A DNA stretch of 64,000 bases from the human T2T-CHM13v2.0 reference genome, Homo sapiens: the NCBI RefSeq assembly GCF_009914755.1, contig NC_060937.1, one strand, 5' to 3'. Under the pieces are notes generated by a model. The model saw nothing but the letters and a program-made list of their open reading frames with translations. It was not told the origin of the DNA and did not search any database. The position numbers were made by a program, and so were the translations under genes. The first letter of the stretch is position 1, and every line of letters begins with the position of its first letter. Below are positions 14,629-26,986 of this stretch, piece by piece.

Positions 14629-16451
14629 TATATAAAATAATACATGATGATAAAAAGGCTTATTCCATAAATAAATGGTGATTTATTATTTTAAAATTTG
14701 TTGTATAATTTACAACATTAAAAGAGGAAAGAAGAAACATCGTATGATCAACAAGACAGAAAAACTTGATGAACATGTCACCACCTTTTATTGGTTGAGG
14801 AAGACATAGCGATACAAGGAACTTACATTACCTGATAAAATGTGCAAAGAACATTGAGGTATTGACAACACTGTTCCTGAGACCAAGGATGGTCACTATT
14901 AATACTTCCATTGTATGATAACAGAGATCCTAGAGATTGCAATAAAGCAACGTAATAAAAGGTAAAATGAAAAATAATAATAATAATTAAGGCAATTTTG
15001 TTTTTATTTTTCTAGAAATACTTGTCACTTGAAATTCCACATATCCATTTACCCCATACATTTCTTCAAAGCTATTCACCATTTTTCAGGCATATCATAA
15101 TGGCTATTTCAAAGATATTAATAAAATATTTTAACTTTATTTAGTTTGTTAAGCATATCCACAAGTAGCATAAAAATTTATTGAACTTCTTTGAGCTATG
15201 CTTTTTTCTTTATTAGTTAAGTGTTCTTGACAAAGCTGGAATTATCAGTAGTTGATGAGTAAGGACTTTCGGTGACAGGGTTTTATCTTTTAATGTATAC
15301 TTTTGATATCAGACAAAATATACTTGAACACTCTCAAAATATGTTTATGAACTTTTTTCATTTAACAATACTATAGACAGACTTAAAAATGCTTTAAGTG
15401 GATGTATTTATCAGTCTTGTTTAGATTTGTTTTGCAGAGAAGGTTCAGGGTAAGACAAACTTGTTTTATATACCAGCTTTTTCAAGTATTTCATTAAAAG
15501 CATTCTGGTATGTTTTTGTGATGGGAAGACATAAGGTACTTCTTCAACATTATTGTCTTCATATTTCTATATCACCAAAATGACTCAAGGCTGAAAAAGC
15601 AGTCAAGTCTGAATAATAATGTGTTTGCTGAATATTGAAAATACTTTAGTATTGAAGATGAATAAGATATTTGAATGTGTAATCTATGAGAAACAGGTAA
15701 TACTTTTAATTCAGTGATATTCATTTCATTATGACCTGGGATTTTTAAAAATCATGTCTGGCTATATTCCAGTCAATGCTGAGTAAATTATCTTTATGAA
15801 GATTCAATACTGGGAAAAGATGACTAAATAATTTCGAAGATTCCTTTCAATACTAAGATTCCTTATTCTGGGCTGAGTAAACCCTTCTGTGATTGTTTCA
15901 GCTTTCTTAGGAACAGCAATATCTCCTGCTCCATTAATTGAATCCCTGAAAGGATTGTCTAAAGCAACTGAAAAAGTAATATACCAGTCATACCCTGGTC
16001 CAAGGATTTCCACTGTTCAAATGATCCAAGAGGCTTGGCAATAAACTAATGTGATTCTTTGTGTGCCAGTTGATTGACTATTGCTATGGTCAGAAAGATC
16101 TAAACATGATGATTTGGAAATTTTTATCGTGATATTTGGATATAGACTTACTACAGATGGAATATGACTTCAAATGATATGAGCTAGCATCATAAAACAC
16201 AATGTTTAAAATAGAGACTAGCATTTGGCAAAAATGGAAGCTGACCTTTGGAGATCATTAAGGTTTATGTGCTTAGATCTCTCCAGTCTGTTGGAAGCCT
16301 GTATTATTTTACTATGTTCCCAAAAAAGAAAGTATTTGACTATTTTATATAGTGCTGGTAAAGTTAATAGTACCTTAATTTGAATAAATCCCCCTTGGTG
16401 AGGGGTAATTGTAATAATTATTAATTTATATTAAAAGCAAATAAAGACAAC

Positions 16452-16642
16452 ACAGTCATGCTCGAGCAAGAATCAGTTTTTCCTCCAGCAGTTATGTGAC
16501 CATGTCTGGAAATATTTTTGGTCTTCAACAAAATATGTTACTAGAAACTATTGAGTAGAGGCTAACAATTCACAGGAGTATCCCTCACAACAAAGAATAA
16601 TCCTGCCCCAAAAGTCAATGATTGAGAGGCTGAAAGACCCTG
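16452..16642 (+). mobile_element. MER20 (hAT-Charlie MITE)
   Basis: ATGTCTGGAAATATTTTTGG...CACAACAAAGAATAATCCTGCCCCAAAAGTCAAT...ACCCTG. Confidence 0.8.
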
Positions 16643-17341
16643 AACTGATGTATGAAAGAAAAATATAGTTTGCTACTTTGTTTAGTTTACTATCTTAATT
16701 TTTTTAAAGAGAACTTTTAATTAATATTGAAAGAATGTAAAGTAAGCACTGAAAAGAGGAGTTGAACACAGCTCAATTATACACAATTTTAAACTTTAGG
16801 GCACACTATTTTTATACACATGAATAGATAACATAGAAGGAAAAGTTAGCAGAAATGAGCTTTGCCTAGAGTGAGGAGGATGGCAAGATAGAATTTATCA
16901 GAGAAGCCAGAAAGTTCCACAAATATAAATGGGTTAGGAAATTGCTGATGTCTATTTGCCATTACATTAAAATTCAGTTGATAATCTTCCTCTTCTTCCA
17001 CTACATGTAATAGTAAATCCACATACTTGTCGGCAAATCCACATTTGTCCCTGGAATATCTCAGTTCTCAAAGGCTCTCTTTAAGTTTTGGGGTTTTGTT
17101 TTTGATTTTGATTTTGATTTTTGTTTGTTTTTATTTTAGTTATCAGCATTTAGTCTCGTAAGTACAAATTAATGTATTAGAAAGCAAATCTGTTTTCCTC
17201 TATATCTCTGCAGATTTTCTGATGCAGTGTCAAGGAAGAAGAGCCACTTTTCTATTCTCACGTATGTCTTTCCTAAATAAGTTAGGAATCAGTTGTTTTA
17301 AAAACTGACTATCACTTGAGCATATAAAAATCCATATATTG

Positions 17342-17647
17342 GGCCGGGTGCAGTGGCTCATGCCTATAATCCCAGGACTTTGGGAGGCCAAGTTGGGCAG
17401 ATCACCTGAGATCAGGAGTTCAAGGCCAAGACTGGCTAACATTGTGAAACCCCATCCCTACCAAAAAGGCAAAGTTAGCTGAGCGTGATGGTGGTCACCT
17501 GTAATCCCAGCTACTCAAGAGATTGAGGCAGGAGAATTGCTTGAACCCAGGAGGCGGAAGTTGTAGTGAGCCAAAATCACACCATTGCACTCCAGCCTGG
17601 GCAACAAGAGCAAAACTCTGTCTCAACAAAACAAAACAAAACAAAAC
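17342..17647 (+). mobile_element. AluS (Sq/Sp-like) with (AAAAC)n tail
   Basis: Full dimer; TSD AAAATCCATA(T/G)ATT. Confidence 0.95.
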
Positions 17648-18472
17648 AAAATCCATAGATTATCCATTGAATTTTTTTACCAGAAAAAAATTTGAAACAG
17701 ATATAACATGATTCCCCAATGGTTTCTCAATAATTTTATTTTTAGATGCCATCAAAAATCAAATAAAATTATTAAAAACTGCAAATGTTCAAATAAACTT
17801 TTTAATTTCCAAAGGAAATTACCATAATAGCTTTTTAAACAAAATTAGTAGTCTACCTGTCCTGCCAAGCAAAATACCATAGGCTGGGTAACATATAACA
17901 TCAGAAACATTTTTAAAATTAAATCATTCTCAGGAGGAATTAAAAAGGTAAGTCATGCAATAGTTACTAAGTTAGACTCAGAGTAACCACTATAGAAAAA
18001 TTTAGACAGGGAGAAGTCAATGGCTTTAGGTGTAATATGGAATAAGGAATGCTGCAGAACCTGGAGTAAACCTATAAGAAATAAGGAAAAGAAGTATGGC
18101 TGCATAGTTTAATGTTTCAATTACAACTATGTTTAGTGACATAATTTCTGAAGAAAAAATATCAATCATGATCACAGAAATCAGAAAAAGTGATTGGAAT
18201 ATATGAGTTCAAAACCCCTGGTGCAAAAACCCAGAGGCAGGAATATTTAAGAATTATCCTTCACCATCAAATGTACCAGTGATGTTGTCAGAATCTGATG
18301 TGTCATGCATACGCTCAAATCGTCACTGAATCAAAGGATAGTTTGTTGACTAATCCAATATTAATAAAGGACTCAAAAACTATTGCAATAGTTTTGAATA
18401 ATGCCTTCCTTGTCTGTTTAACTTCATGTGGTGCAATTTCTATTTGACGTCATGAGGCTAAGCCTAGAAGGG

Positions 18473-18846
18473 TATTTTCTTAGTCTGTTTGGGCTGCTAT
18501 GGCAAAATACCTTAGATTGGGTAATTTATTAACAACAAAAATTTATTGTTCACAGTTCTGGAGGATGGGAAGTTCAAGATCAAAATGCCAGCAGATTTGG
18601 TGTCTCGTAAGAGCTCATTCTCAATTTCATAGATTTTATCATGATGATGCATCCTCAGATGGCAGAAAAAGGCAAAGGAACTCCCTAGAGCCTCATTTCT
18701 AAGGGCACAAATCCCATTTATGAAGGTGGAACCCTCATAACTTAATCACTCCTCAAATATTCCACCCTTTAATACCATCATAGTGTGTATTAGATTCCAA
18801 AAAGTAAATTTGGGGATGGGAGACACAGACATTCAGACCATGACCA
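18473..18846 (-). mobile_element. MLT1A-type MaLR solo LTR
   Basis: CTTAGTCTGTTTGGGCTGCTAT...CACAGTTCTGGAGGATGGGAAGTTCAAGATCAA...ACATTCAGACCATGACCA. Confidence 0.88.
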
Positions 18847-20237
18847 TTGCAACTATGAATTAAAAGCTTAGGTAGATTTCCTTAAGTCTAGCTGAAACTC
18901 CTTTTTTACACAATGGATATAACTGCAGAAACTGGAATAAGCATTTTTTATGGTTCTTAAAATTGGTCACAGTATTTTTTATAATTTTTCTGTCTCCACA
19001 CAGATTTTATTGGTTAAATTGTGGAGACTGCCTCAAAATTACTCTACATATTATGTTACAATGGAAAACGTTAACTATTACATATGGGGTTTCTTGATAA
19101 TGGAGAATCTGGCTTAATTTTTTTTTTATCCAGCGTCGCATCTGAAAAAGAATGGTGAAACTAGTTTGCATTTCATACATCTTTTGCGAGGCAGGAAAAT
19201 TCTGACCACAGCTAATTCATGGGTGACGAAAATCATTGGAATAGAAAACAGGTGCAGGACCACACTAAATACACTTATGGAGATTATTTCATGCGATTAT
19301 AATCATGATGGGTAATGTTTAGCTATATCTATGCAATTTCAGTAAATGGAGTTGATCACCATATGGCAGAGTCTGACTTACTGACTATAAAAGAACATTT
19401 ACACACACATATACACACACACACTTAGACATATTTCTGTGATTATGGTGTCTTTGTTTAATACATGAGTGACCCTCTAAAAGATCTACATTTGTAGCTA
19501 TGTAAATATAACTCAACACACATGAAATTTTGAAATTGCAAACTAGTTTACGCAATTACTTCCTTAAGAAAAAAAGATACTCTTATCTTTACACATTACA
19601 ATAAGATTTACCACTATTTAGTGCATCTAAATAGAGGAATACTTTATGACATTAATTGTTTTATGGACCATTTATAACTTGTCCAAAGGGAGTAAGATTA
19701 GTAGTCATCAGCAATTGAAGATCACAGTGAACAAGGATAAAGTTTATCCAAGATATATAGGGTGTTTCAATTGAAGAAATTTTACTTACAGATATTTTAC
19801 CTATAAGAATTTCATACACAAATATATTCGTGTGTGTGTTTGTGTATATTTAACAACACAAATTAAGTATTTTTTTTTCCTTGAAGAGTTAGGGCCTTAA
19901 TATTGAGATTATTTGATTTTTTTTAAATGACTAAAATGATTTGTGCACATTATCGTTTATTTAATGCCCTGGAATAGTCATCTGTCACATGGCATTATAA
20001 CATCTGAAAACTTGTATCTATTTTTCAAAGACAGTGGGGTCTTTTTTGGTAGGAGTATAAACATTTTCTATATTATTCATGTGACACTGGAAAAGCAGAT
20101 TAAATTATTTCTATTTTTTTCTTAAGATTATATATTCTATCTACCCATTACAAAAAAGCTAATATATTTCCATACTCTCAAATTAAAATTCACGCAAATT
20201 AGATATAAACTTATTTAAAAGTTTTGAAAAAAATTAA

Positions 20238-20560
<323 letters not shown>

Positions 20561-21964
20561 TAAAAGTTTTTTTTTTTGCATAAGTGATTTGAAGACTCCA
20601 ATAATTTATCCAATCATGAATTACCTTCTTGGTTTAAACTGTATTGTTATACTGTTTTTATTGACATATTTCAATAAAATATTGTTTTAGATTAACTTTC
20701 CTATTGTTAAAAAGGCAAACATATTTTGCACTTGGTATGCATCCTAGTGACTAATTCCAAGGATTAAATGAAGATCTTATTTAATGTGACAGAGGTGAAG
20801 TTTAAATGAAGAAAAACACATCAAACCCGTGGAACACCAACTCTGTTCAGGCGCTGTCTTCTACCTCAGTTATAGAGATAGGTCAGTTCTCCCACACACC
20901 TTCCCCTAATATAATAGGCTCAGCATTTGGAGCTTAAGACAAGTAAGGCAAGATCAGTCGAGATCAGTTTCTTTCTCAAACAGATTAATACCCTCAACGT
21001 CTTCCACAGCCTGTCTTGTCTTTGAACGTCCTATCTCAAAAGCCAGAGAACCAGGTTTTGGAAAAGCCTGAAATAGATGTGTTTATATCATTTAACCTTA
21101 AACTGAAAATACAAAACAAACTCAGTGGAATAGTTGATAGAACCTATTTGCTTATAAGATTCAGGGTCATAGAGGCTTCTCCTTGATTCCAAAGCTCTGG
21201 AAACTGCTGTTCTATGACACTGAGTAGTGGCCAAAAAATGATCTAATCCAGAAACTATATCCAGGCAATGGGACTGACCTGCTTAGTCCTTTCTGACACA
21301 TTTTAACAGAGATTACCTCTTGGCCAAAGAAAAAGCAAAGCACATATTTTCTTAATCACTTATTACAACATAGTAGCCAACAAGAATAAACGAACATTCA
21401 ACTTCTCAATGAACTTGGAGTTTAACATCTCCCACTTTGGAGCCAAAGAATGCAAACATGAGAAAATGGCAAGGAATTTCTGTGGGAAAAAAATATTAAT
21501 TATATTGACTTCATCCTCTGAGGCACATGGAAGGCTCCAGAAGGCATCACTTGAGAGAAATTAAGTTTGAAGTCCTGTAGCCACCACTGTCAATTACTGA
21601 ACCAGAAAGGATGAGCCACCATAACAGATATTGCCCCGTTCTCCCCAGGTGAAGGAAAGGCTTGAAACGGAATGAACTTAGGTATGTTAGTGTGGCACCA
21701 TATGTCTCAACCATCAGAAGTCAGGGAGTGTTATGAGGTTAGCAGAGCAGTGTCCCAAATACCTTTTCATCTCTGCCAACACTGCAGTTAGTGAAGCAGG
21801 TGAGAGTTATTTCTAGCAGTCTTCTAAACTATTAGCTTTCAAGCCAAGCTACACAGCTCTAAATTCCACTCACAACTTTAAAGTGATTCTGAGAAACACA
21901 GAGTCAAGATATATTTATAGCAAAAGTAAAAATTTTAATATTTAAGCTTGCTACTATTAGCCTG

Positions 21965-22135
21965 ATATTTTCTCAGTCACTGCTCTGGTTAGGAATTATT
22001 ATTCTTATTTTACAAATGTGGAAATGGGCTCAGAATGTTTAAAGGTACACCTCAGGCCATATAACTGGTCAATAATATACTATGACATCAAGTAGGGATC
22101 TATTTGCCTCCAACGGCTGTACAACACTTCCATTC
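21965..22135 (-). mobile_element. MIR
   Basis: TATTATTCTTATTTTACAAATGTGGAAATGGGCTCAGAA core. Confidence 0.7.
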
Positions 22136-23607
22136 ACTCTGTTACGTACAAAGTCATATTGCATAAGAGACATGGCAGCTGAAAACAAGAAATACAGCAT
22201 AGAGGGTGGATATAGGATCTGGAAGCTTCCCTTAGTTTTAGTACAGACAGTTTTTGTGATTTAATTTATTCCTAATCTCAGAACATTTAGAAGACAAGAA
22301 AGGCAAAAACACAAAAAGCTTCCATTTCTCCAGCTGCAACTCAATACAATTTGTTCCTCTTTTTCAAATCCTCAGCCTTCATTCCAATGTCTTACCACAA
22401 ACATCCTGGTTTTTATTTAGAAAATTTGAAAAAACTAAACAGGCTTACTCCCAGACCTGCATTTAGACATAGCCATGATCTTTGTGTCATGGTGATTTTC
22501 ACTTAAGGAAAGCATGTTTGTAGGAAGCCACTCGCACTTAAGAAAAATATATTTATTATGTTTAATTGTAAATAATTATGTGAAGGTAAAAAGTTAACAT
22601 TAGCGAGATTGGCTTAAATAACCCTCAGCATTACGAAATAGTAAACTTGAACTCACACTCACATTTATCAACCTGAAGCCAGTCAGCTTTCCTTTACAGG
22701 ATAACTAAATGCCAAACAATTCTCTGAGAATGGAAATGAGAATGCCTGGGTATAGCACTAAAGTGGTTTTGAGACTGATATGTAAAAACGTCGATGAGGT
22801 TAATTCCTAAGGACCAATATTTTCTAAATGTTATCTGCCAAAGTCATGAAAAAAAGAGTGGTATGAAGTAACAATATACAATTTTAGAAAATTTTTTGGG
22901 AAATGTAAAAAGAAGATTCTAAATTATATTCAAAATCATGTCAAGTCATCTCTGTTTTAAATATTTCTCCAAATTTGATAGTTGTTTTATAGCAGTTTAC
23001 CAATATATTTGAAATCATAGTTTGGCCAATGATCCCAAAGACACAATTAAAAATAGGAAATATTTAAATATATGCTAATCCCCAACTCACAGAAAAAATA
23101 ATTATAAACTATAAATGTATCTACTAACTCATGATTGAGATTTCATTTACATTAGGTTTGTATTTTCTCTCTTTAACAGCTTTATTAATTTCATTTAAAA
23201 ATTTTCTTAAAACTAAGATAAATGAAATAAAATCTAAATGCCCCAAACACAATAATATTAAGATATGTGCCTCTATTTATTTAGTGAATTATATAGACAG
23301 ATTGTGTAGAAAGCACCCCTTAGGGATGTGAGTTGACTGGGTCATTTTCAACTTGATTGAAATACCACATAAAAGTAACATGAGTAGAGCAGGCAATAAA
23401 ATAAATAGAGATCTCTACTCAGCTCTCATTTTTAGCTTAGTCATTTGCAGCACATCGTAGTTCTTTAGAGTATTACCTTACTTAAGGCCAGACCTCAGGT
23501 TATACATAAAAAATGGCTTAAAGAAAAGATATTACATATAAATTAAAGTTTGCTCATTTCCCAGATTACATAATGGCTAATTACAAAAAAGCAATGTCAA
23601 CCATTAA

Positions 23608-24443
23608 TACACAGATCCTCTAATAAGCTTGGTTCCTTCAACATCATTTGTTATAATGACACGAAAAAAATGAATTTCTGGCATGGGGCCACCGCCTGTG
23701 TGGAGCTTGCAAACACTCCCTATAGCTGTATGGGTTTCCTCCAGGTACTCGGGTTTCCTCCAGGCACTCAGGTTTCCTCCCACACCCCAAAGATGTGCAC
23801 ATTGGTGTGTCCATAGGGTCTCAGTCTGAGTGATTGTGGGTGTGAGTATGAGTGTGCCCTGCCATGGATAGCATCTTGCCAGGGCAGGTGCCTACCTTGC
23901 ACCCTGAGCTGCCAGGATAGGCTCTGGCTTCCCATCACCCTGAACTGGAATCTGCAGGTTGGAAAATGAATAAATGGGTAAATACAAATTATGGTCAAAT
24001 AAAAATTTGTAAAGTATAGATAATCATATAAACGCATGACAATAAATGGTGTGGTAGGAACGTGCCCACTAATTGCACCATATTTATTACTGTTTGATTT
24101 TGAACAGCATGGCGGTAGGAGTTGCTCCTTACAGTTTTGGTTTGAAAAGTTTGATTCCTTGATTTAACCCACCACCAGTACAACAACCATCACTCTTTCA
24201 TTCACCAAAAATTGGGTAAAGTATTATCTCACTCGCTTTTATTAACATTTTTAAAATGTGTTTATAGTTGACATTAATTCAATATTTAATATTAGATGTT
24301 TTTGTGACTAGAAATATGCCTGATGAACTTAATGCTTGTTTATATCAATTAGCCTATGGTCAAAATTGTTTTATTGTGGGTGATTTTGCATAAAGTCACA
24401 GTTTTCAAGAACCTATGAAGATATTTGATGATAACTTAGCGTA
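23608..24443 (+). mobile_element. MER6 (TcMar-Tigger non-autonomous DNA transposon), near full length
   Basis: GGGGCCACCGCCTGTGTGGAGCTTGCA...GGTTTCCTCCCACACCCCAAAGATGTGC and terminal AAAGTCACAGTTTTCAAGAACCTAT. Confidence 0.85.
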
Positions 24444-26344
24444 TTTCTATGTAAACAAATATTTGAACACCTCAACAATTTATAAAACAGAAAATAAAAA
24501 TATAATTTAAAAATTCAGTATTTGTCTCTTCCAGAAAAAAATAGCTTAGTGGGGTATTTATGATTTCTGGTCATTCCAAATTTCTTTCTTTAAAGAGAAA
24601 TTTTTTAATTCTATATTTGATCCTAGTTAGTAAGTATCGATGTGTAGACAGAGAAAGAGAAAGAGAGAGAGATCTGTATAGTTTCAGGAAATTTCAAGAT
24701 ATTAATAGATTATCATTCAAATTTCCTTTCAGTTGTGGGTAACATAACTGCTGCTTTATGTTACTTATTCAACAACCATTTTTTGTTTTGTTTTGTTTCA
24801 ACAACCATTTTTGAGTTAGTACTATGTGACAGTAAAATATGAAGATCTGGCAATATTAAAATAAAAATGATAATACTTTATGTGCAACTAAACATGAAAA
24901 TATAAGTAAAATAAAATACAAGCACTGCAATAGTCAAATTTTGAATACATTGAAGCCAATTCTAAATTAGTCATATTATTAGATAGATACCTTTAGATAT
25001 ATTACCTTTTACTAGAAAATTCAGAATTCTAAAAGTAAACCTGCTATATTTTTATTGTTAAAAATAAATCTTCAGAATTTTCTTCAAATGTGAAACACAA
25101 TAAATGATAAAAATTCACAACAATCAAATTCTGAATATAGTAAACATATTAATATGGCTTTCACAAATGTTCTTGTTATATGAGTTCTTACTGTGGAAAA
25201 ATGACAAGTTAAAAAAAAAAAAAAGCTTGTCCTCTGACTTTGTGCATTGAGCAATAGAGTCTAGCATGTTTCTGAGGCCCAGAGCACAAGATCTGTGTGA
25301 GACTGGGGGATGTGGTGTCATCTGTGATATGGAAAAGTGAGCAGGGCAAGGTAGAGGAAATAAAGTACACACAGGATATAACTTTGACTTTCAGAATAAA
25401 ACACTTTGTGTAATTTATTTTACTTGATTTCTCCTTCCCTTTTTCCCATTCCAATTATCTCTCTTATTCAACTCCTATTACAATTCTCAGCCTCTGGCAA
25501 AGTGGCTCACAAGAATGATTCCTTGGAGGCGGACACTCATGCTCATCCCCGGATTGCCCAATAGCCCCTCCAAATTTTGTGGCTTGAATTCCCAAAGCAC
25601 ATCGCCCTTACAATAGCAGCTGGTGACCCCAAAATGATAAGTAGAAGCAAAATGTCCCAATTGCTTATGGTAACTTTAGTTGCCCAAGGTCAGAACAACC
25701 CAGTTATCTGTTTAGAAATCCCTGATGAGGAATTGTACCAATTTTCCCATTCTTGTGAATGAGTCTGAAACTCCAAATGCCTTGTGAAACTGGAACTGTG
25801 AATTTGAAAATGCGATTCATATTCCTGGCAGCAGTGTCTTTAACCTTAAATACTAAACTGAGCATTCTTAAAACTCTAAGGTAAACAATAATGTATTTGA
25901 GTAAAATAACTAAAAAGAAAATGAACTGAAGGCCCTCTGGGGTTTGGCCCAGTTCTGTATAGATAATAAACCCAAATAGAAGTTACTAGTAGGAGTGGAT
26001 AAATAAGGAACAACATATTGAGGTGGATATAAACATCATACTAATCAAATAAATGGATTGAACTTCTCTTATCGTTCCTGTAGGATGGCAGCCTCTCACT
26101 TAGAAAACTCCTAATCATTATAAATGTCATCCTTACCCAGCAAAAATTAGTGACTACCCATCTAGTAAGTTGCTCTGCTGCTAAGGTGTTTAATCAATGA
26201 TGTTTGAAATAATTTCTTGCTCTTAGATATAGAATTTTGATATTTGGAGATTGATATTGAAGGGTCAGCTGATGCAGAATACTACTCTTCTCTGTCCGTC
26301 TCAACCTCCCCCTAGCCAAGTAGCTGAGACGAGCTCCTATCAAT

Positions 26345-26575
26345 TATTATAATAGCCACCAATGATTGCATGCTTACCATGAGGCATGCATTTTGCATGC
26401 ATTCATTTAATTCTCCAAAATTCAGAAATTTTCTATTATTTTGCTATTATTTTCTGGCTATGCAGATAAATACAGTGAGGCTTAAAAATATTGCATAATT
26501 ATCCTGAAGTAATCAATGGAAACTAGGTATTTAAAACCCAGAGGTTCCTGACTTGAAGGTTCAATGTCTGTCCAG
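26345..26575 (-). mobile_element. MIR
   Basis: TGCATTCATTTAATTCT...GCAGATAAATACAGTGAGGCTTAAA. Confidence 0.6.
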
Positions 26576-26863
26576 TATAAAAGTATGATTCTCTGTTCTA
26601 TAATCAACTCAACCTTGTGGTCAAGGTATGCATTATAATAAAGAAGAAATTCAGGCAGAATTCAGGCCAGGGTAGAAATTTATGGGTCATTAGAAGGGGA
26701 AATGGCCAAATTTCTGAATTATTTCAAAATTTCAATCCCTATGTATAAAGCATCCACTAAGATACTAAGATATTAGAGCTGCATTAGAGTGTATACATAC
26801 TAATGGAATTTATGGAGAAAAATGAAAAGAGAAGGAATCAGAAACACCTAATTTGTAGATTGT

Positions 26864-26872
26864 TATACATAC

Positions 26873-26921
<49 letters not shown>

Positions 26922-26986
26922 CACACACACACAAATATAAACATACATACATATGTAATTTGGTATATATATATATAATTATATAC
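26864..26986. repeat. Compound (TA)n/(CA)n microsatellite
   Basis: Direct reading. Confidence 0.95.

Larger units (their letters stand above)
12500..14970 (+). mobile_element. Old L1M ORF2 remnant, interrupted by a younger L1 and an LTR
   Basis: ATCTCTCATGAACATGAATGCAAAA (ISLMNIDAK-like) at ~13011 continues after 14630 with degenerate IHHDQVGFIP/NHMIIS-like sequence. Confidence 0.65.

Noticed and set aside
15804-16013. 69-aa ORF with protein-like composition
   Set aside because: Non-ATG start, no family recognised, no supporting neighbouring exons
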